Positions 28,620 to 48,003 of a DNA stretch of 64,000 nucleotides are shown one piece after another (within the stretch, counting starts at the first letter, position 1; each line of letters begins with the position of its first letter). The translations under genes and the position numbers were made by a program. The stretch is from the human T2T-CHM13v2.0 reference genome, Homo sapiens. A model generated the notes under the pieces. It had not been told where the DNA came from. It worked only from the letters and a program-made list of their open reading frames with translations, and did not search any database. The DNA is taken from assembly GCF_009914755.1 (NCBI RefSeq), contig NC_060933.1; one strand, written 5' to 3'.

Positions 28620-29419
28620 CCAGACTTGCATTTTTTTAAAAAGCCCTGGCTCCTATGAGGAGCAGGGGGCCAGGGGATGGGGGCTGTTGCAGGGTCCAAG
28701 GACAAAGGACGGTGTCTGGGAAAGTCTGGGGTCCTATATGAAAATAGCCAGGGCCCCTGGACTTGGCCTCTATCTGCAGCTGGCTTGCTGGGCAGTGTTG
28801 TTCAGCCTTAACTGCCCTCTCTTTTGTGAAAATTGATTCAAATTCTCTTGGCTGAAGACACTGCAGCTGGAAGGGTGGGAGTCCAGGCTTTGCTACTGGA
28901 GTGTGCTGTGTGACCCTGGGCAAGCCATTTGACCTCTCTGGGCCTCGCTTCCCATTCCTACCTTTTCCGTGCTCATTTAGTGAGGATAAATAATTAAGAT
29001 CCTCCATGTGAACCCCTCCAGCGCCTCAAAAGAAAGGACGGCTGTAATTGTTACCACAGGGGCTCTCCGCCTGGGGCAAAAATCGTTCATTTTGGGGGTG
29101 GGAAAAATGCCTATATTTTACCATAAAGAACTACATTTACTTAAAAAACTGAACGTGTTGTAAGGAAGCATCAAAAAATGGTTATGGAAGACAACAGGAA
29201 AAACAGCTCCTAAAACTGCATTCTTGAAAGGTCAAGTACACAGGGAAATGCTAGATGTTCCCAGTGCATGGTGGGGTAGGGCTGGGCTCTGCCCATGGCT
29301 CCAGGAAGGCAGGATCACCCCCGGGTGCTTTGTGGTGGAAAACAAACGGCCTGGAGAGTTCTGATCTGATGTTCGGTGTGGACCTGTGCATGGTAGGCGG
29401 AGCTGGGAATGTGTCCTGA

Positions 29420-30014
<595 letters not shown>

Positions 30015-30557
30015 TGACTTCTTGTTTTACACATGATGTGTCTCAGGGATCTCTCTGGCTCATTACACACACAGCCACTTCATTCTTTTTGGCAGCTGCA
30101 TAATATTTCATCATGAAGGCCGTCGCTTTTACAAATGTGACCAGCTCAGTGAACAACTGGGAGGCACAGGGGGGTCCGAGAACACCTGAGCCCTGACTGA
30201 GAGGCCTGTTCACACCTGCTCTAAGGGTTGACTTCTTTCCCGGTCCCTTAGGTGAAACCTCAGGCTTCCTCGGCTTTTCTGGTCACTTCTAATTACAAAA
30301 AGCAATCTCCATGCTCTAATTAATATGCCCAGGCTCGGGTATCATCAATACTCCCAATTTCATTGGAAGATGAATTTCCTTCCTCCCCTGGCTGGCTGCT
30401 TGGTGAGAAATGGCAGGGAGTGAGCTGCATCCATGTGTCTGGTTTCTGCCCCGCCACCCCCACTCCCAGGCTCCAGGATGAATGCAAGATATTACAAGGG
30501 GCCTTTGCTGTTAATGCATTAGCCTATTTGATTTGGTGCTATTACACATAGCATCCT

Positions 30558-30717
<160 letters not shown>

Positions 30718-30880
30718 TGATTTGTGTTTATAAGTGAGACTGACCAGTAGTGTGTATATTCTCCTTGTCTCGGTTTGTGATCATAAAATGATTTGGGAAG
30801 CTGTTTTAGAAAAAGTTGTGGAAAGTTCTGGAATAGTTTCTATAGGACAATTGGGAGAGCTTGTGTGTAAAAGTACCCGG

Positions 30881-31508
<628 letters not shown>

Positions 31509-32305
31509 CCAGTATGATAGTAATTTTAAAATATTTTTCTATAAAAGTATAAAGCTATTTCAGTCTTTCCACTAGCATGCTTGATTGCATTTAAAAAAAA
31601 TTTTACTTTGAGATGATTATAAATTCACAGAAAGTTTTAAAGAGAAAGTTTGTACAGAGAAAACCCACGTCCTCTTCACCCAGTTCCCCACAATGACAAA
31701 ATTTCACATAACTAGATTGCAAAATGAAAACCAAAAACTTGACATTGGTACTATGCACAGATTCCATTCAGCTGCCAATTTTATATGCCCTCATCTGCAT
31801 GTGGGCATGTGTGTATGTGTGTGTGTGTGTGATGTATTTAGTTCTTGCAGTTTTATCACATGTGTAGATTTGTGTGACACAATCAAGACACAAAACTGTT
31901 CTGTCATCCAAAGATCTTCCTCACACCCCTTATAGTGAACCCTGCTTCCCTCTATTTCCCAATGCCTGGAAAATTTCAAGAATGTTAAATATATGGAATC
32001 ACACAGCGTGTAACCTTTTGAGGTTGGCCTTTTTTGCTCTGCATAAGGCCTAGAGTTCATCTGAGATGTTGCATGTAGGGAGAGTTCATTCTTTTTCGTT
32101 GCTGAGTGGTATTCCATGGTATGGATGGAATTGGATGTTCTTCTGATCTATAGCTTGTCTTTTCATCCTCTCCTTTTCATTCATTCATTGAAGGATGTTT
32201 TTGTTTTCCAGTTTTGCACTGTTACAGCTAAAGCCGCTATGTATTCTTCAATTACATCTTTAAATAAAAAAAAATTAAACAAATAATCAAGTAAAGCTGC
32301 TATGA

Positions 32306-32720
<415 letters not shown>

Positions 32721-32752
32721 GGCAGTTTCTTAAAAAAACTAAACACATACTT

Positions 32753-33167
<415 letters not shown>

Positions 33168-33329
33168 TCATTATGCCCTCTTATTTTAGCTGTACTAATG
33201 GGGGCATAGTGATATCATAGTCTTCATTTGCATTTCTCTAATGGCTACAGATGTTGACTATTCTTTCATGTGTTTGTTTGCCATCCATATATTCTCTTTG
33301 ATGAAATATCTCTTCATGTCTTTTGCCTC

Positions 33330-33793
<464 letters not shown>

Positions 33794-35914
33794 TAATGGG
33801 ATTGTTTGGGGGTTTTTTGGTTTTGATTTGTTTTGTTTTACTGTTGAGTTTTGAGAGTTTTTTATTCTAGATACGAGTCCTTTGCCAGATACATGGTTTA
33901 CAGATGTGTTCTCCCTGTCTATAGCTTGCCTCTCCATCCTCTGAACCGGATCTCCCACAGAGCAAACGTTTTTAATTCTGAGGAAGCCCAATTTATCAGT
34001 TTTTTTCTTTCATGGGTTATATTTTTAGTGTTGAGTCTAAGAAACTCTTTACGTAGCCTTAGATCCCAAACATTTTCTCCTATGTTTTCTTCTAGAAGTT
34101 GTATAGTTTAATGTTTTGTATTTAAATCTGTGATCCATTTGAGTTAATTCTTGTATCAGGTGTGAGACTTAGGTTGAGTTTGTTATGTTTGTTTGCTTTG
34201 TTGTTTATTTTGTCCAAGATGTCCAAGGCTCCAGCACCATTTGTTGAAAAGACTATCCTTCCTCCATTGAATTGCAATCTCCCTCCATTTGCTTCTTTTG
34301 GTTTATTATAACTCATATATAGCCCAATTTACAATATCCTGAATTATGAAAAGTTTATCTCCTAAAATTCTGCCTAGCCTTTCTCTCTGTCTCCTTCCCC
34401 CCTTCCCTCCCGCCATGTGTCCTCTCTTTCTCTCGCAGTCTTTTTCAACAAGAAATAATTACTGAGAGCAGCACTGTGCCAGTTCACACCAGATATAAAC
34501 CATACCCGCCCTCGTGATGTTGGTGGCCAATGGCCAAGACCTGCTGTAAATCAGCAAACAAACCAATGAATGAGCGCCCCCCGCGTGGGAGGGCGCCGGA
34601 CCAGGGCTGTCCTAGGATGGTTGGGGAGGAGCCCTCTGGGGAGGTGGCCTCACTACTGGGACCCGAAGGCAAAGGGGAAGCTGAGTGTGTGCTGAGCGAG
34701 AGAAAGAGGATTCCAGGGCTTGGAAGACGAGGTGGGGGATGGCATGAATGTCAGGAAGGAGCTGGAGAAGGAGGCAGGAGCCGCTGGAAGGGACCTGCGG
34801 CCCGGGCAATGAGTCTGGGCTTAGGCTAAGACATGGGGGGGGGGGCATGGAAGGCATTTTAAGCAAGGGGTGATATGATCTGACTTATGTCCTAGGTTCT
34901 CCCCATGTCAAACCAGCTTCTCCACCTTTGTATCCAAGGTAATGCGCCCCAGCAGAAGGGGCACAGCCTGCCGGTCTCCTTCAGAGAACCCAGGCTGGGG
35001 CCGTTGGGACTCCCAGGGTTTGTCGGTTACTCTCATGCCCCAAGCCCCTTTCCCAGTAATAAGAGCTGCTGGCCGGAGCTAGACATGAGGATGTCAGCCG
35101 AGCCCGCAGGAGGGCTGAGGGTGCCTTTGTGGTGGCGATGGATGTACCGGGGACTGCTGAGAAGAGAGCTTTTCTGTTGTGAACGGTCTCTTGGGGTAGA
35201 TATTTTCAGATTATGAATCTAGTGTCATTAGAAAACACAGCTATAAATTAGGCTGCTCAGAAGCATGGGGTGTGTAATAATTAAGTAATAAAAGTCACCG
35301 CAGGGGTAAAAGAACTGGAAAACAAAGAACCACCGTTTGTAGCAGCACCACAGGCTGCTGTGTGAAGGACCTCTGCGCAGGGGCGGCAGCTGGAAGCTGC
35401 TGAACCTTTGCTCAGACAGAATCCCAGCTCAGCCCCGGCCCAAAGAGAGCTGCGTGGAGGGGAGGCAGACTGGCCTCGGAGCACGGCCAGGACCCAGGGA
35501 GTGGATATTTAGGGTCTGGTTTAGCTCTGCAGCTGTCTCTGGGCCATAAGCTGAAACACGTGGAGGAGCCCGGCAGAGAGCGGAGCCAGCCTGATAGGGC
35601 GATAGGGCAGGGTGAGGCCTGGGGCGGAAGGGGAACTTTTACTCAGCGCCGGCCAATTGCTGCAGCCAGGAGTGCAGTCCAGCATGGGCAGAACTTACAA
35701 ATGTCAACACACTCCAGGAAGTTGTTTTTTGAATGGAAAAAATTTTAAGTGTTGACAATGATTTCAAAGTTTAAGACCACCACGCAGGCCACATAAAACG
35801 CAGAGTGAGAGGCTCGAGGTCTGCCATCTCTGGTCCTGAGCTGTGTGACCCTGGGAGACGCTTCCCCTCTCAGCACCTCCATTTCCTCATTCTTTTTTCT
35901 GTGAAATTAAGTCA

Positions 35915-36165
<251 letters not shown>

Positions 36166-36534
36166 AATATCAGATAAAAGCTGTGGATTCTCTCCCTAGA
36201 TGAAAGTCTTTACATAGCTGCACAGAAATAATCGCCTGCACCTTCATGGGACTTTGGGAGGCTCAGAGCCTGGGGTTAGATCATCTCCAGGTCCTTAAGC
36301 CTTGAAGCATGAGGCCTGGATGCAGCGCCTCTAGGCGCCCTACGTGACTGAATCGGAGGTGCCCTGAACGAGATCCCACGGTGACCCAGGTGTATAGTTT
36401 GAGAAACGCTGCTCAAAGGGCCCTTCAGCTGCCGAAGACTCTTCATGTTCCGGTCACTGGCCGTGTTCTGGATACCGCTCATGGGAAAGGTGGTTCCCAT
36501 CGATGTTTCCCAGTGTGTAGGCTGAGGAACCCCT

Positions 36535-36735
36535 GTGTACGAGTGTCCTGTGGCCAGTATCACAAATTACCATGAACTTGGTGGCTTACCCAACAGGAAA
36601 TGATTCTCTCACAATTCTGGAGGCCAGAAGCATGAAACAGGAGTCAGCAGGCCCCGCTCCCTCCCAGGGCTCTAGCCGAGGACGCTTCCTGCCTCTTCCA
36701 GCTGCTGGCGGCTCCAGGCGTTTCTTGGTTTGGGG
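36535..36735 (-). mobile_element. MLT1C/D LTR fragment
   Basis: acaaattaccatgaacttggtggctta...attctctcacaattctggaggccagaag. Confidence 0.75.
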
Positions 36736-36750
36736 TTACAGGGTAGCTCA

Positions 36751-37117
<367 letters not shown>

Positions 37118-37539
37118 AGTAATTTGACAATGCTGGTCTAGAGGCTTGATTACATTCCAGTTTACGTTGGGTTTTTTCCCCGAACATGTTTGGTAGGCAG
37201 TCCAGCATCCCTCCTAGCATATCAGTTCTGGCACAGTATCTATTTGTCACTGTCAGTGATGTCAAGATTGATAACTGGGGTCAATTTTATGTTGTGTATA
37301 TTTACCACAATAATAAAATGATGGTCATATAAAGGGCTGGTCATTTGGTTCAGCTGCTGCAGCATGACCCATCTGCTGGGAAGCTCCCCATCAGCCTCCA
37401 CCTGATCATTTTAGCAGCCACAGATGAATGTTCCCTAGATCCATTATTTCATTAGGAGTCACAAAACACTGATTTTCCCACTAATTCTGTCATTCCTCCT
37501 GCATTTATGAGCTCTGGCTTTTCTATAAAGAACTTTTCC

Positions 37540-37840
37540 GGCCGGGCACGGTGGCTCATGCCTGTAATCCTAGCACTTTGGGAGGCTGAGGCGGGTGGAT
37601 CACGAGGTCAGGAGATCAAGACCATCCTGGCTAACATGGTGAAACCCCACCTCTACTAAAAATATGAAAAATTAGCCAGGCGTGGTGGTGGGTGCCTGTA
37701 GTCCCAGCTACTCGGGAGGCTAAGGCAGGAGAATGGCGTGAACCCAGGAGGCGGAGCTTGCAGTGAGCTGAGATCTGCCACTGCACTCCAGCCTGAGCAA
37801 CAGAGCGAGACTCTGTCTCAAAAAAAAAAAAAAAAAAAAA
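37540..37840 (+). mobile_element. AluY
   Basis: gagaatggcgtgaacc and ggagcttgcagtgag diagnostics; TSD aaagaacttt(t)cc. Confidence 0.9.
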
Positions 37841-38639
37841 GAACTTTCCCTTATCGCCTATTTGATTACCCCAGGATGCAGTTTGTACTAGAAAGGCAGG
37901 GAAATGTTCTGTTATTTATTTTCAGAATAATGATTTTGTGGCCCAGCAACCTCCAAACTGCACAAGGAGGTTTTCCTTTTTTCCCACCAGAATTATGCAT
38001 ATATATCCATATGTCATATAGAGAGTGCTGTATGATGGATTTCAACTCACGGCCATTGTTATTCTGTCTAATGCTCAAATTGTCCTGTCTTTGGCAAATT
38101 TGGGCTGGCCCCTGTGGTCCATTACCATGTCTCCCAGTAGCCTCTGACAGCCTTCTTGCTTCTGGCATGGGGACCTCCTGGGCACAGAGATCAGCCATTT
38201 CTCCAGTGATCCCCGGTTCTTTTGAGCAGAGAATGGCACTTAGAGACCACAGTCTGGGCACTAGGGGTGCTCACTGCTACTGAGTTGTTGTCACTTCTAG
38301 ACTTTTACAGTGGACAGAGATAGGGATAGGAAACATGTTACTTTTTATCAAGAGGAAAACTAATGAGTTGATAATGATATTTACAATTCAAATTTAAAAT
38401 TACACAGGTTTTTTTCTACTTCTTTGATTTTATATAGGTATTTCTTTTCTCCTAATGACATTTATATAATTACTAATTTGCTTTATCCTGGAATGTATAC
38501 ATAATAGTTTCAAACTAACAATATCAACATTATTATTAGCAACAAGGACACAGCTTCAGATTTCCTCATGGTTCTTTTTATCCTCGGGATATCTTACGCT
38601 AGGGATATTCTGCCCAAATCTCTTTTAAAGTCACTTGAA

Positions 38640-38922
38640 GCTGGGCGAGGTGGCTCACGCCTGTAATCCCAACACTTTAGGAGGCCGAGGTGGGCAGATC
38701 ACTTGAGGTCAGGAGTTTGAGACCAGCCTAGTCAACATAGCAAAACCCTGTCTCTACTAAAGATACAAAAAATTAGCTGGGTGTGGTGGCTGGTGCCTGT
38801 GATCCCAGCTGCTCAGGAGGCTGAGGTGGGAGAATCACTTGAACCTGGGAGGCAAGGTTGCAGTGAGCTGAGATTGCATCACTGCACTCCAGACTGGGTG
38901 GCAGCGTGAGACTCCACCTCAA

Positions 38923-38956
<34 letters not shown>
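38640..38956 (+). mobile_element. AluSz-like with (AAAT)n tail
   Basis: TSD aaagtcacttgaa. Confidence 0.9.
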
Positions 38957-38957
<1 letters not shown>

Positions 38958-39319
38958 AGTCACTTGAAATCATCTGTGGTTATGCCACAACTTGACATAC
39001 AATTAGGTTCATTTGCTTTCTCCTGTTGTTATTTGGGGTAGATGCTAATCCTTTCTCTTTAATTTTTTCATAATTAGCAAAAAAACCATTTTTTATGTTT
39101 CCAAAGTCAAAACTATAACACAAAGTCTATTCAAAAAGTTCTAGCTTTCCTTTCTGTCATTTCCTTCCTGTTCTCTCCCTCATTCTACAGGTAGCTTCTT
39201 AGTTAATAAGTTTGGTTTATCTTTTCATTTTCTTCCTCATGAAAATAGAAATATATGTATATGCATCATATATATATGATATACATCATAAATTCTAGAT
39301 ATCTATCTTATATATATGG

Positions 39320-40606
<1,287 letters not shown>

Positions 40607-40699
40607 CCGTCCCAGGCCCACCACTCATCAGCCTATGTGAGGGACCTGTTTCGTGGCTTTTGAGCGCTGGGAGAGAGGCTTTCACAGAGGTGGGAGTGA

Positions 40700-41089
<390 letters not shown>

Positions 41090-41712
41090 TGATTATCCAG
41101 TTCCTACCCTACCTAAGCTCAGAGCGTAGAGGAGATGGGTCCGGGCCATCAGTCAATAGGCCCTGTGTGACCCTGAGCGGGGATGAGAACCCAGCTGTCC
41201 TGACTCCTACCTCGGGACCCTTCCCACCAAACCTCTGCACACACCCAAAATCAGATTTTAGACTAATCCAACCTGGCCCACACAGAAGTATGTCCTGTAC
41301 AATCTATAGAGAAAAGGCCAATAAGGCAAAGTTGAAAAGGAAACCACTTCTGAAAGGGTGCCTTAAAGAACACATTATATTAAACTTTGTAACATTTTAT
41401 TACAAATTAACCAGGAAGCAGCATTCCAAACACCTCCCGTGCATGACGTGCATCCTCTCATCTATGCTACCAAAGCCACAAGGCAGGCATTGTAATCGCT
41501 GCTTCCCAGGCGTGGAAGTCGAGGCTTGGGGAGGCAGTGCCTGCACAGGGAAGTTTGAGCTGAGGTCCCAAGGATGTCCAGACACTGCCGATTGCTGGTG
41601 ATAGGAGTCCCTAGCAACAAGCAGGACGTCAGGGCAGTGAGGTTTTTTAGCAGGAAGGAAAACCATCTTTAATTCTTCGTTTGTGTTGTCATACACATGT
41701 GAAAATACTCAA

Positions 41713-42423
<711 letters not shown>

Positions 42424-43103
42424 TCAGAATCACTCTATGTTCACACAGTACTTTATAGACTTCATCAAGGCGTGGCTCCGGCGTGGCTAGTTGTCATGAC
42501 AATCACAACCAGCACCCTCCCCAAGCCTCTGAGCTGAGGGCTGGGCTGAGTATGCACCCTGAGTTTCTGCATTTAGTTCTCTGAGAATGCCCTGAGGTCA
42601 GTCTCTCCTCCTATCATCTCAGTTTGGTTTATTTCACGGGGAAACTAGGGCTCAGAGAGATGAAGTGATTTGCCAACAGTGTCAGACCTAGGTGTGTCCA
42701 GCCTGAGAGTCCAGGCTCTTCCTGAAGAAGAGGTCCCACTCCTGCTGTTTACGGAAAAGCCTGGGGCTCAGCAACAGCGCCTATGATGTTCTAGGGCCAA
42801 CCAGGGGATCGGAGGAGTCTTTCTCGAAATCCTGGTACCCTCAGGAGGGGCCAGGAGGGGTGCACGAAGTGGGAGGCTGAGGATTTCCAGGCGTGGCGGG
42901 TGCCAGGGCCTCTCCTGGCTCTTCTCAGCAGTCTGCAGAACGTCAGACACCTCATTAAAGAGCTCGGCCTTGTAATAACATTTTAAGAGCAACCCACGAC
43001 TAGTTTATTCGTTAATGGCTCAAGCAAGAGTCCACTTGCTGTGGTGATGGCCGATTTCAGAGGGAGCATTACCAGCACAAACTGCTTTCTAGCCCCGCAT
43101 TAG

Positions 43104-43457
<354 letters not shown>

Positions 43458-43683
43458 TAGCAGGTATTTCACGCATCCCAGAGTGTTGGTAAACCGACCC
43501 CATCTTCCAGCTCTAGGACAGAGTCCCTCCTTTTCAAGCAGAGCCCCCAAAACAGCTCGTGTGGTTTGGAGCAGGTACCAGCTCTGCATGTGTGGCTGAG
43601 TGAGTCTCTCTTTGTTGGGGTCTTGGTTTCTGCATTGGGTGCGGAAAGGGGTCTGATTAAACAAGGCCCCACCATACTGTGCC

Positions 43684-44130
43684 TGTTGGGGGAGGAAAAT
43701 GTCTTTCCTTCTACCCATTCTAGACTCATGGCTGAGGGCCCTATCACAAAAGACAGATTTGCAAGAGAAAAGCATTCAAATGTCTTTCAGTTTTATGTGA
43801 CACATGAGCCTCTGTAAGGAAATGAAGGCCCAAAGAAATGGTTAAACGCATATATTTTTATGCTGGATTTGGTGAAGAAGGGGATAGTTGTGGAGAAAGG
43901 ATTGGATGAATAGTGTGATCTTTTGGTGATAAACTGGGGGAAACTTCGCAAGGCCTGTTGTTCAGATTATCAGGATGTTCTTTACCTGTAAGTTTTGGGG
44001 GGCACCTCTCGAATGAGGGTCGCATAACCTGCTTGAGGGGAGAAGGGCAGGGGATGTGAGCGAGACGTCCTACTTCTCCCTTTTTCAGTATGCCAAGGGG
44101 GCATATTTGGAGGTATTGTGAACCCCATCA
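43684..44130 (-). mobile_element. MER39-like ERV1 solo LTR
   Basis: Minus strand TG...CA: tgatggggttcaca...aaatatgcccccttggcat...ccctcattcgagaggtgccc...ttttcctcccccaaca. Confidence 0.7.
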
Positions 44131-44649
44131 CTTAGCGCATAGCAGGCACTCAGAAAACACTTGTTGTACCAACCTCGTAATCTTGCTCCAAGATTCTCTG
44201 TGGCTGCTATATTGTCCTACAAATGGCTACAAACCCCCCAAACGCTGGGAGGCTGTGGTCTGGGGTTGATAGACAATTTACCGGACTTGCTTAGACGGTC
44301 AGTTTGCAAAGCCACATCCCCACCACCACAGACCTCAGTGTCCTCCTCAAGCCTGTAAGCATCGGGGTATGTCCTGATTTGGATGGTGATGACCCCAGAT
44401 GAAATTCGTGGCAACAGCTACCACTAAGTGAGCCATCATCTTGGCCAGCCGCCCTCCTCAGAGCTCAACTCAGCAAACCCTGCAAGAACCCTGCTCAGTG
44501 GGCGTTGGCACCCTATTGCTAGCAGAAGGAACTGAGGCTCAGACAGGTGACATGGCTGCTTGCCTCTAATTCCGAAGCCTGGCTCCATAACCCCCGACTA
44601 GACAGCCTCTCTGCTTTGGTTCAAAGATAGTTTCAAAACCTTCTAGACA

Positions 44650-44945
44650 TGACCAGGTGTGGTGGCTCACGCCTGAAATCCCAGCACTTTGGGAGGCCAA
44701 GGCCAGTGAATCACTTGAGGCCAGGAATTTGAGACCAGCCTGGCCAACACGGCAAAACCCTGTCTTTACTAAAAACACAAAAATTAGCTGGGCGTGGTGG
44801 TGGTTGCCTGTAATCCCAGCTACTTGGGAGGCTGAGGCAGGAGAGTTGCTTGAACCCGGGAGCCTAGATCACAGCACTGCATTTCAGCCTGGGCAACAGT
44901 GACACTCCGTCTCAAAACAACAACAACAAAAAACACAAAAAAACG
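44650..44945 (+). mobile_element. AluS-like with right-arm deletion
   Basis: Alu dimer, (CAA)n tail. Confidence 0.88.
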
Positions 44946-45962
44946 GGTAGGGGGGTTTGTAAGTGATCCACAGACACTTTCAGTAAAATTAATACAATAA
45001 AATCAGTAAAAGGGGTTTACTGGGGTGGTGGCACCTTCGATTAAACTCGGTTCAGTCTTTATTTGCCGATTGTGCTGTCTGTGTGCTTCACACCATGGGA
45101 GGTGACGCGGAAGGTTTACTGGGCCCCGCCCTTGGAAGACAGTTGCCTTTAGGGAAAGAGGAAACATAAGCCTGGTGAACCCCAGGGCAGATCCATGTTC
45201 TGTAGGGCCTGAAAGGTCTACAGTTTGGAATCCCAATTTAAGAGAAAATACACAAAGGAAACCTGAGACCCTGTGAGCTCATGCCCAGGGCCCCTCCTAA
45301 CTGAGCCCTGAGATAAAGGACTTGGCAGCATTGATGGCCTCAGGGCTACTCCGCCAGGCCTCTGTCCCCAGTACTCCCCGGGGGCTGCCCTGAGCCAGGT
45401 CTGTGGCTCTGGCCATAGCCAATACTGACGACTCCCAAACCAGGGCCTCCAGCCCATCCCCAGCCGCCTACGCCCCATCCCCTGGCACATCTTAGGACAT
45501 GACACAGTCGAAGCCAAGTGCCAAGTCTTTTGGGTCAGTCTAGAACAGACCTTACGAGCTATGTGGCTCTAACAGTGGACTTGCTGGCACCTGTCAGTGG
45601 GCACAGGCACGCAGGTCAGGAGCAGAGGGGCTTCCACTGTGTCTCTGAAATCACACCTGCAGAGACACCGTGGTGGGAGGTCCCTGAGTCCCCCGAAGAA
45701 GCTCTCACTCCTCCTGCACGAGCAGGCCATGGAGGACCTGCTCTAAAAGACACTAACCCCTGGAATCGTGCACTTCTTCATCCAAACACCATGGAGTCCT
45801 GGGGACCCACTGGGGCTGCGTGAGCCACGGAGGACAAGTTCAAGGATGACTGAGACACTGTCCATGCCCTGAGGGTGGCTGCACGCTGGAATCCCACATG
45901 TTCCAGAGACTGGAATGCTCCGGGTGTCCTGGGGTCCCACCCCCCCTCCCCCAGTCTCCTGA

Positions 45963-46364
<402 letters not shown>

Positions 46365-46562
46365 TAGTACAACAGCCGCAGCAGCAATCGCAACAGCTAA
46401 TGTTTCCTGAGCACTTCCCAAGGCCCGGAGCTGAGCCTTTGTGACTTTTCACATTCACTGAAGGGGGCAGCTGCTGCTACCAGGCCTATTTTCCAGACAG
46501 GAAACATGGTGGATGCTGCGGAGTGGCAGAGTCTTGGGCTGAACCCAGACCATCTGGGTGCA

Positions 46563-46768
46563 GAGGCTGGGTGGCTGTCCACCTAAGGCAGAGGCAGTCT
46601 ACCTGTAGAGGAGGCTGTCCACCTGGAGGAGGCTGTCTAGCTGGGGAAGGAGGCTGTCCACCTGGGGAGAGGGCTGTCCGTCCGCCTTGAGGAAGGAGGC
46701 TGTCCACCTGGGGCAGAGGCTGTTCACCAGGGGAGGAGGCTGTCTCCCTGGGGCAGGGGCTGTCTGGA
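46563..46768. repeat. minisatellite, about 10 copies of a ~20-bp unit (gaggctgtccacctggggca)
   Basis: Units read directly. Confidence 0.88.
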
Positions 46769-47699
46769 CCAAACCTCCCTCCAGGGAAGGGGTAGTTGAT
46801 GCATGACATCCTGCGCTGGGAATTTTGGGGTGCAAGACAGATGCATGCCAACCAGCATGAACTTCCCACAGAGTGATGTCCCTGAGGAGAGAGGAGCAAA
46901 GGTCTACCAAGGACTGGGGCAAGTGTGCGACACGTACCCAGACTGACCTAGATAAGGACCCAGGGAACACGCCACATTCTGGCCTCAGAACTCAACCGGT
47001 GTTCACTCAGCCTTGTAGCCCTGTAGCACCCAGACAGGGATTCATCTTCAACAGCTTTTGGCAGGGAAAGAACAATGTAAGAGCCGGGGGCACCGTACGG
47101 AGAAAGGGAAGTGGGAGATTTGGGAACAGTGGCTTCAGGATGGGGCCGGGGGAGGTGCGTGTGTCCAGCTCAGGCAGAGGGAGCCTTTCTAGGAGGCCAC
47201 AAGGCAGTCGCCTGGCCCCGGGAAGACAGCTGCAATGTTCCTGGGCAGCCAGGCCCGGCCGCTGTGCCGCATTAAACTGCAGTTTAAACAATGAAGGGAC
47301 CGGTGCCTTTCTGAGCCTAATGCACTCGAACAGGCTGTAGAGCTTCACCGGAGAAACCTGCTCTGCCCCCCCTTGACGCGGCCTCTCATGTCCTGCCCAA
47401 GTGGCCTCTGCCAGCATATGTCAATGACCATGCGCCCTGCCGCCCGTCAGTGCGCTGCCTCCGTGCACAGCAGACGTCAAGGGAGGAACAGGGCCGAGTA
47501 CGTTTGGGAGGTGGAGGGAGTCACTGCAGCTCCGCAGCTCCTCTCACCGCTCCTGCCCTCGACAGCACGGCTCATCTCTAGCTTCTCTACCTTTTCCAGC
47601 CATGTTGCTTCCTCTGCTTCTCCTGCTCTCTCACTCACTCAGCAGATTCCGTCCACAGCCTCCATCCTGGCCCTGGCTGTGGTCTTTCCTCACTGCCTA

Positions 47700-48003
47700 T
47701 TTTTTTTTTTTTTTTTTTTTTTAAGGCTGGGTCTCACTCTGTCACCCAGGCTGGCGTGCAGTGGTGCAATCACCTTCACTGCAGCCTCAACTTCCCAGGC
47801 TCAGGTGTTCCTCCTGCCTCAGCCTCTTGAGTAGCTGGAACCACAGGCTTGTACCACCATGCCCAGCTGATTTTTGTGTTTTTTTGCAGGGATGAGGTTT
47901 CGCCATGTTGGACAGGCTGGTCTCAAACTCTTGGCCTTAAGTGATCCTCCTGCCTGGACCTCCCAAAGTGCTGGGATTACAGGCATGAGTCACCATGCTC
48001 AGC
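47700..48003 (-). mobile_element. AluJ-like
   Basis: Antisense full-length. Confidence 0.88.
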
